Shown here: piece by piece, positions 23,822-33,605 of the stretch | Layout of the letters: the number at the start of each line of letters is the position of its first letter | Position numbering within the stretch: the first letter of the stretch is position 1 | From: a virus | Virus record (IMG/VR): IMGVR_UViG_3300043595_000022 | Span: 1 to 45,664 of that record | DNA length: 45,664 nucleotides | Strand: one strand, 5' to 3' | Position numbers and translations under genes: made by a program | Notes under the pieces: generated by a model | The model's input: the letters and a program-made list of their open reading frames with translations, nothing else | Told to the model about the DNA's origin: nothing | The model's database searches: none

Positions 23822-25818
23822 GCCGCCGCCATTTCGCCCGCGCCGAGCTGCAATAGATCGCCCTCGGTAATCTCGAGGAGCACGCGCTTGACCTCTTGAG
23901 CGATGCTTTGCGCCGAGCTTTCGCTGCCCGCGTTGATCACAATGTTGTAGGTGTTACCGCCCGCTCGCGCGGCGAGGAGCGCGCCCGCCGGCGAGCTCGC
24001 GCCCGGCGGCTCGACGACGGCCTCCATTGCCGAGCGCACACGGGGCGCGCCGCGCTCGAGCCCGTGCTCCATGCCGCCGACCGTGTGCCCGGCAATTTGC
24101 GCGAACACTTTTGAGTCGGAGGAAATGCCGAGCAGGTTTTTTGCGGCCGTGATCGCGCCGCCGACGACGCCGGTAATCGCGTCGATCACCCGTTTTGCGC
24201 CGGCGGTAATCCCGCTTGCGAGCCCGCCGATCAAGTCGGCGCCGATTTGCGCGAGGTCGATCGACTTGAGCCAATCGACCGACTGTTGCGCGCTCGCTTT
24301 TATCGCGTCCCATGCCGTGCCGGCGGCGCCGACGAGCGCGGCGAAACCGAGCGCGGCCGCAATCAAGGGCGCGGCAAGCGCAGCGACAACCGCCGCCATG
24401 CCGATGAAAATACCCGTGAGGTGTTTGCCGAGGAAAAGCGCAACGTCGAGCGCGTCGGGCAGCGCGCTATCCGTGCCGCCGAATAGCTCCTCGACCGCTC
24501 GGATCAATGGCTTAAACGCGATGTAGACTTTTAGCCCAGTGATCGCGACGCCGAGCGCGAACGCCTCGACCATGTAAAAGGCTTTCTCCGCGCCGTCGAC
24601 GAAGGGCTGAAACACGCCCTCGAACACGTCTTTGAGCAGCTTGCCCATTTCGGTATTTTGGTCGAATAGCTCGACGAGCCGGGTAAGCGCGGCGAGCATT
24701 GGGTCGATATCGAGCCCGCCAAATGTCTCGGTAAGGTTGCGATTGAACCGCGCGGTTTGCGCGTCGAGGCCGAGCAGCTTCGCGGCGACAATGCCGCCGA
24801 ATTTTTGCTCGACCTCGGCGGCGAACGCGTCAACGGAAAGCTTGCCCTCCTCGAGGTCGGCAATGAACTTGGCGGCGCCGCCTTTACCGAGCGCGGCCTC
24901 GGCGGTCGCTGCCGCGCGGAGGGCCGCGGGCATGTCCGCGGCGGCGACCTTGGCGCCGGCGAGCGATTTCGCGAGCCCCTCGAGCTCGTCGCGCGATTGC
25001 CCCGTCGCGTTTTGCAGTGACGGCAAGAGCGCGCCGAGCCCGGATAGCGACTCGCTCGTTTGCTCGAGCGCAGCGGTTTGAAGGCCCGCCGAGCGCGCGG
25101 CGTCGGCGAGGCCGATCGCCCATGCCGTGGTTTTGACAATCGCGGCGCCAATGCCAACGACGACGAGGCCGACGATCGCAACGGCGGCGACGCCCGCCGC
25201 GGCGACGCCGCCGAGGGCGCTGGCGAGCTTTGCGACCGAGCCCGCGCCGCCGGCGGCTTGCGAGCCCATCGAGCCTAGCGGCCCGCCGAGGCGCGCCAAT
25301 ACGCCGCCCAGCTTTTCAAACGTTTCGCCCGCGTTGGCGCCCGACTTGGCGAGCTTGGTTTGCGCGCGCGCGCCCGCCTCGAGCCGTTTCATAGTGTCGG
25401 CGAGCCGCCCTTGCGCGCCGGCGGCGCCGGCGGCTTTGGCGCGGAGGTCGTCGAGGGTTATCGCCTCGGCTCTAAGCGCGGCCTCCGCGGCTCGCGCTTT
25501 CTGGGCGAGGTCGGCCGGTACTGAGCCGGACATTTGAAGGCCCGCCCGCTCGACGGCGACCGCGGCGCGCACGGCAGCGCGCTCGAGCTCGGCATACTTG
25601 GTTTCGCCCTCGGCGAGCGCGGAGGCGGCAGCGCTCGACGCTTGCGCGGCCTCGGCGAGTTTCGAGCTCGTGCTAGCGAGGGCGGCGTCGAAGGATGTAG
25701 CAGCAACACCGGCTCCGCTCAACTTGTCGGCGAGCGCGGCGAGCTGTGAAATCGACGACTCGGCGCCCGTCATTTGGGCTGCTACGTCGATCGCGTATTG
25801 CGTGGAGTCGTCGGCCAT
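23818..25818 (-). CDS. Tail tape measure protein
   Basis: 666 aa, Ala/Gly-rich helical with central hydrophobic stretches. Immediately downstream of the frameshifted chaperone pair. Confidence 0.8.
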   Translation of the reverse strand: MADDSTQYAIDVAAQMTGAESSISQLAALADKLSGAGVAATSFDAALASTSSKLAEAAQASSAAASALAEGETKYAELERAAVRAAVAVERAGLQMSGSVPADLAQKARAAEAALRAEAITLDDLRAKAAGAAGAQGRLADTMKRLEAGARAQTKLAKSGANAGETFEKLGGVLARLGGPLGSMGSQAAGGAGSVAKLASALGGVAAAGVAAVAIVGLVVVGIGAAIVKTTAWAIGLADAARSAGLQTAALEQTSESLSGLGALLPSLQNATGQSRDELEGLAKSLAGAKVAAADMPAALRAAATAEAALGKGGAAKFIADLEEGKLSVDAFAAEVEQKFGGIVAAKLLGLDAQTARFNRNLTETFGGLDIDPMLAALTRLVELFDQNTEMGKLLKDVFEGVFQPFVDGAEKAFYMVEAFALGVAITGLKVYIAFKPLIRAVEELFGGTDSALPDALDVALFLGKHLTGIFIGMAAVVAALAAPLIAAALGFAALVGAAGTAWDAIKASAQQSVDWLKSIDLAQIGADLIGGLASGITAGAKRVIDAITGVVGGAITAAKNLLGISSDSKVFAQIAGHTVGGMEHGLERGAPRVRSAMEAVVEPPGASSPAGALLAARAGGNTYNIVINAGSESSAQSIAQEVKRVLLEITEGDLLQLGAGEMAAA

Positions 25819-25821
25819 TGG

Positions 25822-26396
25822 TCACTTTAGAAACATCCGAATCCGTAGCAAGACGTCGGCTAAGACAAAGGCCGCGGCCTCGGCGTCGATCGACGACGTT
25901 GGCGGCGGGAGCCAAGCGCGCAAGCATTCTGCAAACACGCCCGGGCGTGTGCTCGCGGCGCCGATCCGGGCCTCTAGGATTTTCCCTCCTTGACCGCTCG
26001 GCCCGACGCCGCCTCGACGATCGAGATCCCGCCGATCATATCCATTCCGGGTTGCAGCTCGAGCAAGCGTTTCCACCCGTCGCGATCGGGATATTTGATG
26101 CAGGTAACGGCGAGCGTTTTCGCCGAGCCAATCGGGTCGCCGACCTTGCCCTCGCGCTCTTTGTTTTGGTCTTGATAGCGCTTGATTTCGTCGGGCGACG
26201 CCGCACGGAATAGCGCCATGGTCGGCACGCCCGGCGCCCATGCCGTGCACTTGACGACGATCACGCGGTCGGGCCCCTCGACCTCGATCAAGTCGGCATA
26301 GGCGGCGAGGTCGCGGGCGTATTGTTCGGCTTTGGCGTCGGCGTGCTCGGCTTTGCGCGCCGCGATCCGCTCCTCGAGCTCCTCGATCGTTGTCAA
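25822..26396 (-). CDS. Tail assembly chaperone, -1 frameshift fusion (G-T type)
   Basis: The -1 frame stays open from the slippery site to 25822, 4 nt before the tape measure ATG. It adds ILEARIGAASTRPGVFAECLRAWLPPPTSSIDAEAAAFVLADVLLRIRMFLK. Confidence 0.6.
25974..26396 (-). CDS. Tail assembly chaperone (G-type, zero-frame product)
   Basis: 140 aa, between the tube and tape measure genes. TTGA-coupled to the tube gene. Confidence 0.7.
   Translation of the reverse strand: MTTIEELEERIAARKAEHADAKAEQYARDLAAYADLIEVEGPDRVIVVKCTAWAPGVPTMALFRAASPDEIKRYQDQNKEREGKVGDPIGSAKTLAVTCIKYPDRDGWKRLLELQPGMDMIGGISIVEAASGRAVKEGKS
25980..25986 (-). promoter_or_regulatory. Slippery heptamer G_GGA_AAA for -1 programmed frameshift
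   Basis: Minus-strand GAG GGA AAA TCC TAG. It has the X_XXY_YYZ form and sits three codons before the zero-frame stop. Confidence 0.6.
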
Positions 26397-26884
26397 AGCA
26401 GCACGATTTCCTCGCCGGCCTCGAGCTCGACGACTTGCATAGGGTTCAAATTCACCTCGACTTTGTCGGCGTCGGCGCCCTCGCCGGATTGCGCGTTACG
26501 ACCGAGGAGGCGGCACCCGTTGATCTGCGTTACGAAAATATCCGTTTCGCCGGGCGGCGTGTATTTCACCAGGAAATTAAAAACGACGAGCGAAACGAGC
26601 CGCTGATTTCCACGCTTGGGCGCAATGGTCGCGAGGTTGCGGATCAACTTGCGATGCCCCGATCGGTAAAGCGTCGCCGACGCCTCCGTCGCAAGCTGCC
26701 CGGTCGTGCGTTTGTAAACGCGGCCGCTCCGTCGTTGCGGCCCGACCTCGACCGAATCATTCCAATTGAGCGAGGCGATATCCTCGAGATCAATTAGCGG
26801 CCCGTCGAAAATTTTCGCGGTCACTAGGACGTCGGTCCAGCTCGGCGCGAAGCCTGCTAGATCGGGGTACGCTTGTTGCGACAT
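26393..26884 (-). CDS. Tail tube protein
   Basis: 163 aa. Directly follows the sheath gene and precedes the chaperone. Confidence 0.65.
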   Translation of the reverse strand: MSQQAYPDLAGFAPSWTDVLVTAKIFDGPLIDLEDIASLNWNDSVEVGPQRRSGRVYKRTTGQLATEASATLYRSGHRKLIRNLATIAPKRGNQRLVSLVVFNFLVKYTPPGETDIFVTQINGCRLLGRNAQSGEGADADKVEVNLNPMQVVELEAGEEIVLL

Positions 26885-26911
26885 TCGTGGCGTTTCCTTT
26901 CCCGTTGGCCG

Positions 26912-28867
26912 TTACTGCACGCGCACGGATGTATCGACGTGCACGAGCGTGCCGCGCAAGTTGAGAGCGAGGCGCCCGTGCAAGGTCGCGTTGGGCACGT
27001 TCAAGACGTCGTCACGCTTGGCCGTCCATTGCGCGTTACTAGCGCGCTGCCCCTCGTTGCCCGTGTCGCGTAGCAGGTTTCGCGCGAGCTCGGCATTTAC
27101 CTCGCCCTCGAGATCGACGAGGCTTTCGAGCGTCGCCGTACCGTCGTCGTTTAACACGAGCGTGCGGCCGGTCGCGTTTTCGGTCGTGGCTTGCACCGTC
27201 GCGCACCCGACGTTTGCGACGGCGAGATTATGTGTGTACGAAAGGATCGAATCCTCGACCTCGCGCGTTAGCGACATGGCGATAAACGTGCCCATGGGGC
27301 CATTCGCGAAGCTTCGAAAGCAGGTAAAGCGAGCGGCAAGCGCGCCGCCGTCGACGCGCTCGTCAAACTCGACGAGCGTGCCCGCCTCGTCTTCGAGATC
27401 CCAACCGTCGAGCGGGCCGAGGTCCTTTTGCCAGGTCGCGACGTGCACGTCATGCTGATACTCGCGGATCGACGCGGCCCATTGCACGGGGCGCCGCATA
27501 CGGTAACCGAGGATCCGCGACATTTTGCGGCCGCGGCCGATCCCGATATCAATGCGCCGCTGCGCGTCGATATCCGCAAACTCGGCGTCCATGGCGGCGA
27601 CCCATTGCGTTTTCGACTCGCCCGCCGTGAGCGTGACCGCGTAAGCGCCGACCGTTTCGGCGGCGAGGTCGGTCGCGCCGAAAGTAAGCACGAGGTCGGT
27701 CACGCCGGCGAGGCCGGCAACGGCGGTCAAGTTGTTTGAGGCCGAGCCCGCGATCGTCACGAGGTCGCCGACGCGAAAGCCGTCGTCGATCCACGAGCCG
27801 CGCGTGCGGGTGAGCGTGTCACCCGTCGCGCCGACCTCGGCAAACGTTAGGGTCGGCGTGCCCACGACGCTAACGCCGGCGACGGGACCCTCGGCGACGA
27901 GGTCGGTCGCGCCGAGGGTAATCACGAGGTCGGTAAGCGACGCGATCGGGCCCGTGACATTGTTGCTCGCGCTGCCCGCTACCGTGATCGTGTCGCCGAC
28001 CGCAAAGCCGTCGGCAATCCACGAGCCGGCGCTACGCGCGATCGTGTCGCCCGTGCCGCCGACCTCGGCAAACGTGAGCGTCGGCGCGCCCGTCATGCGC
28101 ACCTGTGAGCGCGTCATGACGGCCGCGGGCAATCGGTCGCGCACTTGAACGCGGGCGTAAATAAACCGCTCGTTGGCGGTCTCGTAAGCGTTGATCTCGG
28201 TCGCGACGTCGCTCGCGTCGTCTTCGCTTTCGAGGTCGCCGACGACGAGCATGGAGCGCATAGCCTTTTGCTGCCCGGCGAGCGCCGCTCGAGCGGCAGC
28301 TAAGCCCGCTTGATCCCAACGCGGCGCCGTCGTGTGCCACGTCAAAACCGTTTCACCCGCGACGAGCGTGCCGGCGCCGAGCGCGAGCGCGAGCCCGACA
28401 TACGGGATCGTGTACGCGTTGGCCGTGCCGACGCGTACTTTTTTGGTTTCGCGCCCGCCATTGAGCGACACGCCGAGGAGGATTTGATCGGCGCCGACCG
28501 TGCCGCCGCGGATCACAGTGACGACGCCGTCGGTTTCCTCGAGCGGCCCGTCGGGACCCTCGGCGACGCTTACGACGCTCGTGCCCGAGTTGCCGGAATT
28601 GTCGAGGCGACCGAGCACGCCGGCCGTTTCGATCGGTAGTCCGATGAAAACGATCGGCTTGCCGGTTTCCTCAATGTGAAGCGCGGCGTAATCCGCGCCC
28701 GCGTTGTAACGGTGCTGCGCTAGCAGGGCGAGGTGCGAGGAGTAAACGCGCGGCGTAATGTCCGCATTGAGCGCGCACGCGGCAACGATGCAGCAATAGT
28801 TCAGGCCGGCGGCGATTGCGCCGCCCTGCGCTTCGATCCGCGTGCGTGCACTAGGTAGCTCGGCCAT
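26912..28867 (-). CDS. Contractile tail sheath protein with duplicated insertion domain
   Basis: 651 aa, upstream of tube/chaperone/tape measure. C-terminal region is typical of sheath proteins by position and size. Confidence 0.65.
   Translation of the reverse strand: MAELPSARTRIEAQGGAIAAGLNYCCIVAACALNADITPRVYSSHLALLAQHRYNAGADYAALHIEETGKPIVFIGLPIETAGVLGRLDNSGNSGTSVVSVAEGPDGPLEETDGVVTVIRGGTVGADQILLGVSLNGGRETKKVRVGTANAYTIPYVGLALALGAGTLVAGETVLTWHTTAPRWDQAGLAAARAALAGQQKAMRSMLVVGDLESEDDASDVATEINAYETANERFIYARVQVRDRLPAAVMTRSQVRMTGAPTLTFAEVGGTGDTIARSAGSWIADGFAVGDTITVAGSASNNVTGPIASLTDLVITLGATDLVAEGPVAGVSVVGTPTLTFAEVGATGDTLTRTRGSWIDDGFRVGDLVTIAGSASNNLTAVAGLAGVTDLVLTFGATDLAAETVGAYAVTLTAGESKTQWVAAMDAEFADIDAQRRIDIGIGRGRKMSRILGYRMRRPVQWAASIREYQHDVHVATWQKDLGPLDGWDLEDEAGTLVEFDERVDGGALAARFTCFRSFANGPMGTFIAMSLTREVEDSILSYTHNLAVANVGCATVQATTENATGRTLVLNDDGTATLESLVDLEGEVNAELARNLLRDTGNEGQRASNAQWTAKRDDVLNVPNATLHGRLALNLRGTLVHVDTSVRVQ
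27626..28087 (-). repeat. Tandem duplication of an approximately 77-aa domain inside the sheath gene
   Basis: APTLTFAEVGGTGDTIARSAGSWIADGFAVGDTITVAGSASNNVTG... versus TPTLTFAEVGATGDTLTRTRGSWIDDGFRVGDLVTIAGSASNNLTA... DNA identity is also visible (gccgacctcggcaaacgt at about 27830 and about 28061). Confidence 0.85.
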
Positions 28868-28870
28868 TGA

Positions 28871-29449
28871 TCAATTTCCTCCGCATGCAGTTTCGCCGTC
28901 GCCGCTTTGGCCCGGCAATTTGACCGACGTCGTATTTTCGAGCGTGAGGTCGTCGAGGGCGACGGTCGGGCGTGCCTCGCCTTTCCAATTGGCGTCGTCG
29001 ACGTGCCGGTCGATTGCGATCCGGAGGTCGTAAACGACGCCCGGCCATTGCTCGATTTCGATCGCGAGCTCGGTCGCGCTCGGCATGCCCGCCGCTACCA
29101 AACGGAAAAACTGTTTGCGGCGGCCCAGCACGTGCCGGATCGACGTCCACAATTGATCGAGCACGTCGGCGAGCAAGCGCTCGTGATCGGAGAGGCGCGC
29201 GCCGGCGAGCGTGCTCGAGGCGTACACCGTAAACCACATGGGCACGCCGCGAATGCCCTCGGGCCGCGGGTTGCGGTCGTGCCGCTTTGGCTCGCTCCAT
29301 GTTTCAACGCCGCGGCCTCGCCCGTGCTCGGCAATGATGCGCGAGGCGCCGATCGCTGGCTTGTATGGGACGGGCCCGTATTCGATAGGCACGGGGCACC
29401 CGCGCTTGCGCAGATCGGCGCCGACCTCGCGCGCGATTTCGTAAATCAC
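28871..29449 (-). CDS. Neck/tail-completion protein (function by position)
   Basis: GTGA-coupled GTG at 29449 (track ORF 28871..29995 has a false Arg-rich extension). 192 aa. Confidence 0.5.
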   Translation of the reverse strand: MIYEIAREVGADLRKRGCPVPIEYGPVPYKPAIGASRIIAEHGRGRGVETWSEPKRHDRNPRPEGIRGVPMWFTVYASSTLAGARLSDHERLLADVLDQLWTSIRHVLGRRKQFFRLVAAGMPSATELAIEIEQWPGVVYDLRIAIDRHVDDANWKGEARPTVALDDLTLENTTSVKLPGQSGDGETACGGN

Positions 29450-29844
29450 GGCAGCGCCCTCCGTATTTCGTCGCGCGTCGCGTCGCCGATCGTTTGCGAC
29501 CAAAGCGCGGGCAGCTTGCCCATGGGTAGGATTCGATACTTCCCAATCAGGTAACGCGCGTGCCGCGTGCCGAGCACGCAACGCACGACCGTGCCGATCG
29601 CAACGAACCGCACGCGCGCGAGCGTGTCGCCCTTGACGACCAGGTCGAGCTCGTGCCCGCCGAGGCCGCGCGGGCGGGCGTCGCCGTACACTGTGCGGCC
29701 CGATGTATAGGCCGAGCGCGCGAGCGTCGTAAGCTCGGGCGCGACGCGCGTCGCGATCCTTTGCGCGAGCACCTTGGGCAGCTCTTGCAGCGTGCGCCCA
29801 AACTCGCGCAAGTTGCGCGGGTTGCCGCGGAGGCCGCTTTTCAC
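29446..29844 (-). CDS. Head-tail joining protein (function by position)
   Basis: GTGA-coupled GTG at 29844. 132 aa. Begins VKSGLRGNPRNLREFGRTLQELPKVLAQRIA. Confidence 0.5.
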   Translation of the reverse strand: MKSGLRGNPRNLREFGRTLQELPKVLAQRIATRVAPELTTLARSAYTSGRTVYGDARPRGLGGHELDLVVKGDTLARVRFVAIGTVVRCVLGTRHARYLIGKYRILPMGKLPALWSQTIGDATRDEIRRALP

Positions 29845-30491
29845 GGAATGCCTCCGTCGGGCGGCGTGTAGCGGCGAGGGTCGACGCCGCCGGTAACGGT
29901 TGCCGATATCGCGAGATTGGCCGACGCGGGCACATTGGGCCCGCGCACGGGTTGCCCTTTCGCCCAACGCTCGAGCATCTTTTGCGTTTCCGCAACGACC
30001 TCGGTCATACTCTTGCGCTCGTTGCCGCTGAAACTCAGGAGGCGCCAGGCGGCGAGCGTTGCCGCGCCCGACACGACCGTTTCGGGATAGGGCGGCGCGA
30101 GCTGTGTACGGTGCGCGCCGAGGTTTTCGTCGACGATTGCTGACGCCCATTCGATCGCGGCCGCCCACGGCAAGGGCGAGGTCACGAGCACGTGATCGCC
30201 CGTCGTCGTGAGGTTGATAGCCGCGCCGCCCGGCGTCGCCGCAACGCGAAACGTCGAGTCGCTAGTCGGGATCGCGTAATAGGTCGTGCCGGCCTCGAGC
30301 GGCGCCGGCATGCTGCCGCCCATTTCGGCGCGAAACACGAGCTCGATACCGAGCTCGAAACTATGGCCGTCGAGCACGAGCAGATCCGTCGCCGGCACGA
30401 CCTCGGCGACAAGTCGCGCCGGGTTGGGTAGCGAGCCGCCGCGCAAGACATTTGCGATGTCGGCGCGCGTGCAATAAACGGAGTCGGCCAT
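29841..30491 (-). CDS. Head-tail connector protein, DUF1320/Mu gp36-like with inserted domain (tentative)
   Basis: N-terminus SVYCTRADIANVL and C-terminus IEWASAIVDENLGAHRTQLAPPYPETVV resemble the gp36 family pattern. First gene after the capsid gene. Confidence 0.5.
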   Translation of the reverse strand: MADSVYCTRADIANVLRGGSLPNPARLVAEVVPATDLLVLDGHSFELGIELVFRAEMGGSMPAPLEAGTTYYAIPTSDSTFRVAATPGGAAINLTTTGDHVLVTSPLPWAAAIEWASAIVDENLGAHRTQLAPPYPETVVSGAATLAAWRLLSFSGNERKSMTEVVAETQKMLERWAKGQPVRGPNVPASANLAISATVTGGVDPRRYTPPDGGIP

Positions 30492-30506
30492 GTCTCACGC
30501 ACGTAA

Positions 30507-30542
30507 GCCCCGTGCTGCGCGGTTTTCCGGCTCACACGGGGC
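30507..30542 (-). terminator. Stem-loop just downstream of the capsid gene (attenuator/RNA-stabiliser candidate)
   Basis: 8-bp stem gccccgtg / cacggggc with a 20-nt loop. No strong U-tract. Confidence 0.35.
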
Positions 30543-30560
30543 GCGCTCGAGCGGCCGCGC

Positions 30561-31499
30561 TTACGGCGTGCCTTCCCAGCGCTGCGCGACGTGCGGCAAA
30601 ATGAGCTTGCCGGCAGCCTCTTTGATGTACGCGATCGCGACCTTCAGCGTCGTCTTGTACAGATGCGAATCCTTGTCGTGCCGGATCTCCTCGGGCACGC
30701 CGTTGTCGGTCACTACCCACGGATAGATCCCGGGCTTGTTCAGGGCGAGCGGGTACCACTCTGTACCCGTGAGCTCGTCCGAATAGATCGGCGTCACGGT
30801 GCCCTTGTGACGGTTGCCGATCACGCCGAACGACGAGCCGATTGTGATGAGCCGCAGATCCTCCTTGAGGATGGAGTCCCACGCATCTTCTTGATCGGAA
30901 GGCGCGAGCACATGAGTCATTTTCCAGCCCATGGGCTTGCCGTTCGGGCCCTTGATCGCGCGGAAGTTCTGTTTCGCGAGGACCAAGTTTTCGACGCTGG
31001 GCTCGGTACCGGCGCCGGTAATGTCATTGTCGATCGTGCCGAGGGCGCCGTCGAAAACGTTTGCTGGGTGGTCAGGCGCAAAGAACGGTTTACCGTCCCA
31101 CCCGACGGGGTTTGCGACGAGCTCGGCCGCAATGATGTCATTCAAGAGTCGCTCGCCCTCGAGCGCAATCGCGGCGGGTTGCTCACCCCACCCGATAAAG
31201 TCGGGCGCCTCGATAATCTTTGCGAGCTCGGCGACGCCGTCCTGGTAGGTTTTCGACGTCAACGATACGGGCGTGCTGAGCAGCGAACGATATTTGATGT
31301 CGCCCAAAAACTCGCGATAGCCCGCCGCCGATACGGGGACGTGCCACGTCGTTTTTAGCGCGTCCGACGTGTGGAAAAGGCCGAGTTCTTTCGCCCACTG
31401 ATTGATGGGGCCGAGCGCGAGCGCCGCCGCGTAGTTCTCTGCAAACTCTTCTAGGCGGCGTGCGGCGCCGGGACTTAATAGATGAATCGGGGTGCCCAT
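30561..31499 (-). CDS. Major capsid protein, Mu gpT-like
   Basis: 312 aa. Follows the Mu gpI-type protease/scaffold. Family-typical size and GYREFLGDIKYRSL...DGKPFFAPDHP pattern. Confidence 0.75.
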   Translation of the reverse strand: MGTPIHLLSPGAARRLEEFAENYAAALALGPINQWAKELGLFHTSDALKTTWHVPVSAAGYREFLGDIKYRSLLSTPVSLTSKTYQDGVAELAKIIEAPDFIGWGEQPAAIALEGERLLNDIIAAELVANPVGWDGKPFFAPDHPANVFDGALGTIDNDITGAGTEPSVENLVLAKQNFRAIKGPNGKPMGWKMTHVLAPSDQEDAWDSILKEDLRLITIGSSFGVIGNRHKGTVTPIYSDELTGTEWYPLALNKPGIYPWVVTDNGVPEEIRHDKDSHLYKTTLKVAIAYIKEAAGKLILPHVAQRWEGTP

Positions 31500-31551
31500 T
31501 GCATTCGATCCTTGTGAGGGTGACTCGTTTGGTTCGCTCGAGCGCGCTGCG

Positions 31552-32037
31552 CTACGCCGTGAGTGCGACGATGAGATTGATCAAGGCCGCGACTGTCGGG
31601 CCCTGATGCACATAGACGCGGCCGTTACGCACCTCGCTGATGACACCCGCCGGGCCGCGCGCGCCCGTGCTCGAGGTGAGCGCGACCGTTTGATTGTCGA
31701 GCATGTAGCAAACTTTGCTCACGTCGTCGGCCGCGATGGCGTCGCCGCCGCCGGCGGACAGCCAATCGAACACGCCATATTCCGTTTCGAGATACGCCGC
31801 GCCGGCGGCGCCGCCGAGCTCGCTGCCGGTGCGGTTGTCCAGCGTGTGACTCGCCTTGCCAACCGCGACGAGCGCGCCGTTTGCGATCGTGTTGGCGGGC
31901 ACGGCGCGGCCGTTCACGTCGAGCGCAACCATCCATCCTTTGCGGATCAACGTGTTCGCTGCGATCGGGTGCGACCCTCGCGCCGGCGCCAAACTGGCAA
32001 TCGACTCGGTCGCTCTTTCAGTCGTCGTCGCGGTCAT
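31552..32037 (-). CDS. Head decoration / DUF2190-like protein (tentative)
   Basis: 161 aa, between the protease/scaffold and capsid genes. GAGGAG RBS. Confidence 0.45.
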   Translation of the reverse strand: MTATTTERATESIASLAPARGSHPIAANTLIRKGWMVALDVNGRAVPANTIANGALVAVGKASHTLDNRTGSELGGAAGAAYLETEYGVFDWLSAGGGDAIAADDVSKVCYMLDNQTVALTSSTGARGPAGVISEVRNGRVYVHQGPTVAALINLIVALTA

Positions 32038-32088
32038 GATCCTTTTCTCCTCGTCGCGTGTTTGCTGCTCGAGCGCGCGCGTCGCGCG

Positions 32089-33504
32089 TTAGTTTGCTTG
32101 GTCGGTCGGGTCGGGGTTGCGCCGACTGCGCGCACGGATGTCGGCCCGCGTCTTCGCGTACTTCGCCGGATCGACGCCCTTCGCCTTGCACATGGCGAGC
32201 TCGTCGTCGGTAAGATCGGCGACGTCGCCGCCCTTGGGATCGCCGCGTGGCGGCTTGGGCGGCGGCGGCGGCTCGCCTTTCGCCGCCTTGAGTTTCGCGA
32301 CGCGGTCGCGCAAGCCGTCGATCGGTTCGTTCGCCAGGCGTGCGACGGGCTCGGTTCCCTTCTCGTCGCCCCATGCCGTCGCCGGGATCTCGACGCCGAG
32401 TTTCACGAGGTCGCCGACCAGGCCGCGGCGCTCCTTGCCCTCGAGCTTTGCTTGCTCCTCGGCGAGCTGCTCGGCGCGCTCCTCGGAATTGAGGTGCGAC
32501 TTTTTGAACGTCTCCAGCTGCGACAGAGCCGCGTTCAGTGACCGCTTACCCGTCTCGCGCATGAGGCGCACCGCGGCAGCTTCGACGCTACCGACAGTCT
32601 CGCCCTCGAGCGCGGGATCGGCGGGCAGGTCGGTCGGCTCGGCGCCGGCGGCCGAGGCGATCAAGCCTTTGAGGATCTCGAGCGCCTTGTTGGTATCGCC
32701 CGACTCGATCGCGTCGAGTGCATCCTTGATCAATTTGGAATTCACAGGGCCTCCATTGACGGACAGGCGAGCCGTCCTCGACTTGTTTTGCGCGACCGCG
32801 ATCGGCGCGTAGGAACGTTTCACCGCGACGGGCGCGCCGAGTTTCGCGGTCGCGCCGTTGAACGTGTACGGGATCTCGAAAAGCTTGCCGTCGTGCTCGT
32901 ACACGGCCGACGCTTCGAACACGTCGACGAGGTACGGGCCGAGCATGCAAGGCGCGTCGGGCGTCGGCGCGGGATAGAGCTCGGCAATCGCAGCGGCGAG
33001 CGCGCGTTGCGTGTCGTTGAGCGAGTCACCCGTCGAAAGCTTCGCGCCGAGGAAAGCGCTCGCCGCGGCGACAAGGTGCTCGAGCCCATGCGTCGCAGGG
33101 ATTGCGGTCAGCGCGATATTCATGACGCGCGTCGGGCGTCGTTTCTTGTCGTAGAGAAAGACAGGCGAAATGTAGCGTTGCGTTTTCGCGCGCAGGCGGC
33201 GCGCACCGTCGTCGGTCCATGTGACGTTGACCGCCCACAATTCGCCGTCGCGCAGCTCGAGCTTTGCCCACCCGCGCGCGTCGGGATCGTAGTTCGGGTT
33301 TGTGTCGTCGATCGACAAGTGCTCGAGGTCGATCATTCGATCGGCCTTGTGCGCCCCGTAGTGCGCCATCACGGCGCGTGCGGCCTCCTCGTCGAAGAGA
33401 TACCGCCCGTTATCCGTTTCGTTCCACCCCACCCGGAAGATGCGAAATTCGCTCGGCGGCTCGTCACCCTCCAGGGCGACGGCGAGCACGGCGAGCGCGG
33501 GCAT
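32089..33504 (-). CDS. Prohead protease/scaffold fusion, Mu gpI-like
   Basis: MIDLEHLS...ARGWAKLELRDGELWAVNVTWTDDGARRLRAKTQRYISPVF...NIALTAIPA matches the Mu-like protease pattern. C-terminal half is coiled-coil and Pro-rich. Start may be ATG 33504, GTG 33513 or TTG 33519. Confidence 0.75.
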   Translation of the reverse strand: MPALAVLAVALEGDEPPSEFRIFRVGWNETDNGRYLFDEEAARAVMAHYGAHKADRMIDLEHLSIDDTNPNYDPDARGWAKLELRDGELWAVNVTWTDDGARRLRAKTQRYISPVFLYDKKRRPTRVMNIALTAIPATHGLEHLVAAASAFLGAKLSTGDSLNDTQRALAAAIAELYPAPTPDAPCMLGPYLVDVFEASAVYEHDGKLFEIPYTFNGATAKLGAPVAVKRSYAPIAVAQNKSRTARLSVNGGPVNSKLIKDALDAIESGDTNKALEILKGLIASAAGAEPTDLPADPALEGETVGSVEAAAVRLMRETGKRSLNAALSQLETFKKSHLNSEERAEQLAEEQAKLEGKERRGLVGDLVKLGVEIPATAWGDEKGTEPVARLANEPIDGLRDRVAKLKAAKGEPPPPPKPPRGDPKGGDVADLTDDELAMCKAKGVDPAKYAKTRADIRARSRRNPDPTDQAN

Positions 33505-33605
33505 TCGGAGCACATGCAAAACCTGTCATGCGAAACACTGCAAAAGCCAGGCTCGGCGGTCGCGCTTTTTTCTAATCCCCTCGTACCCTGGTAACCTCGT
33601 ACCTC

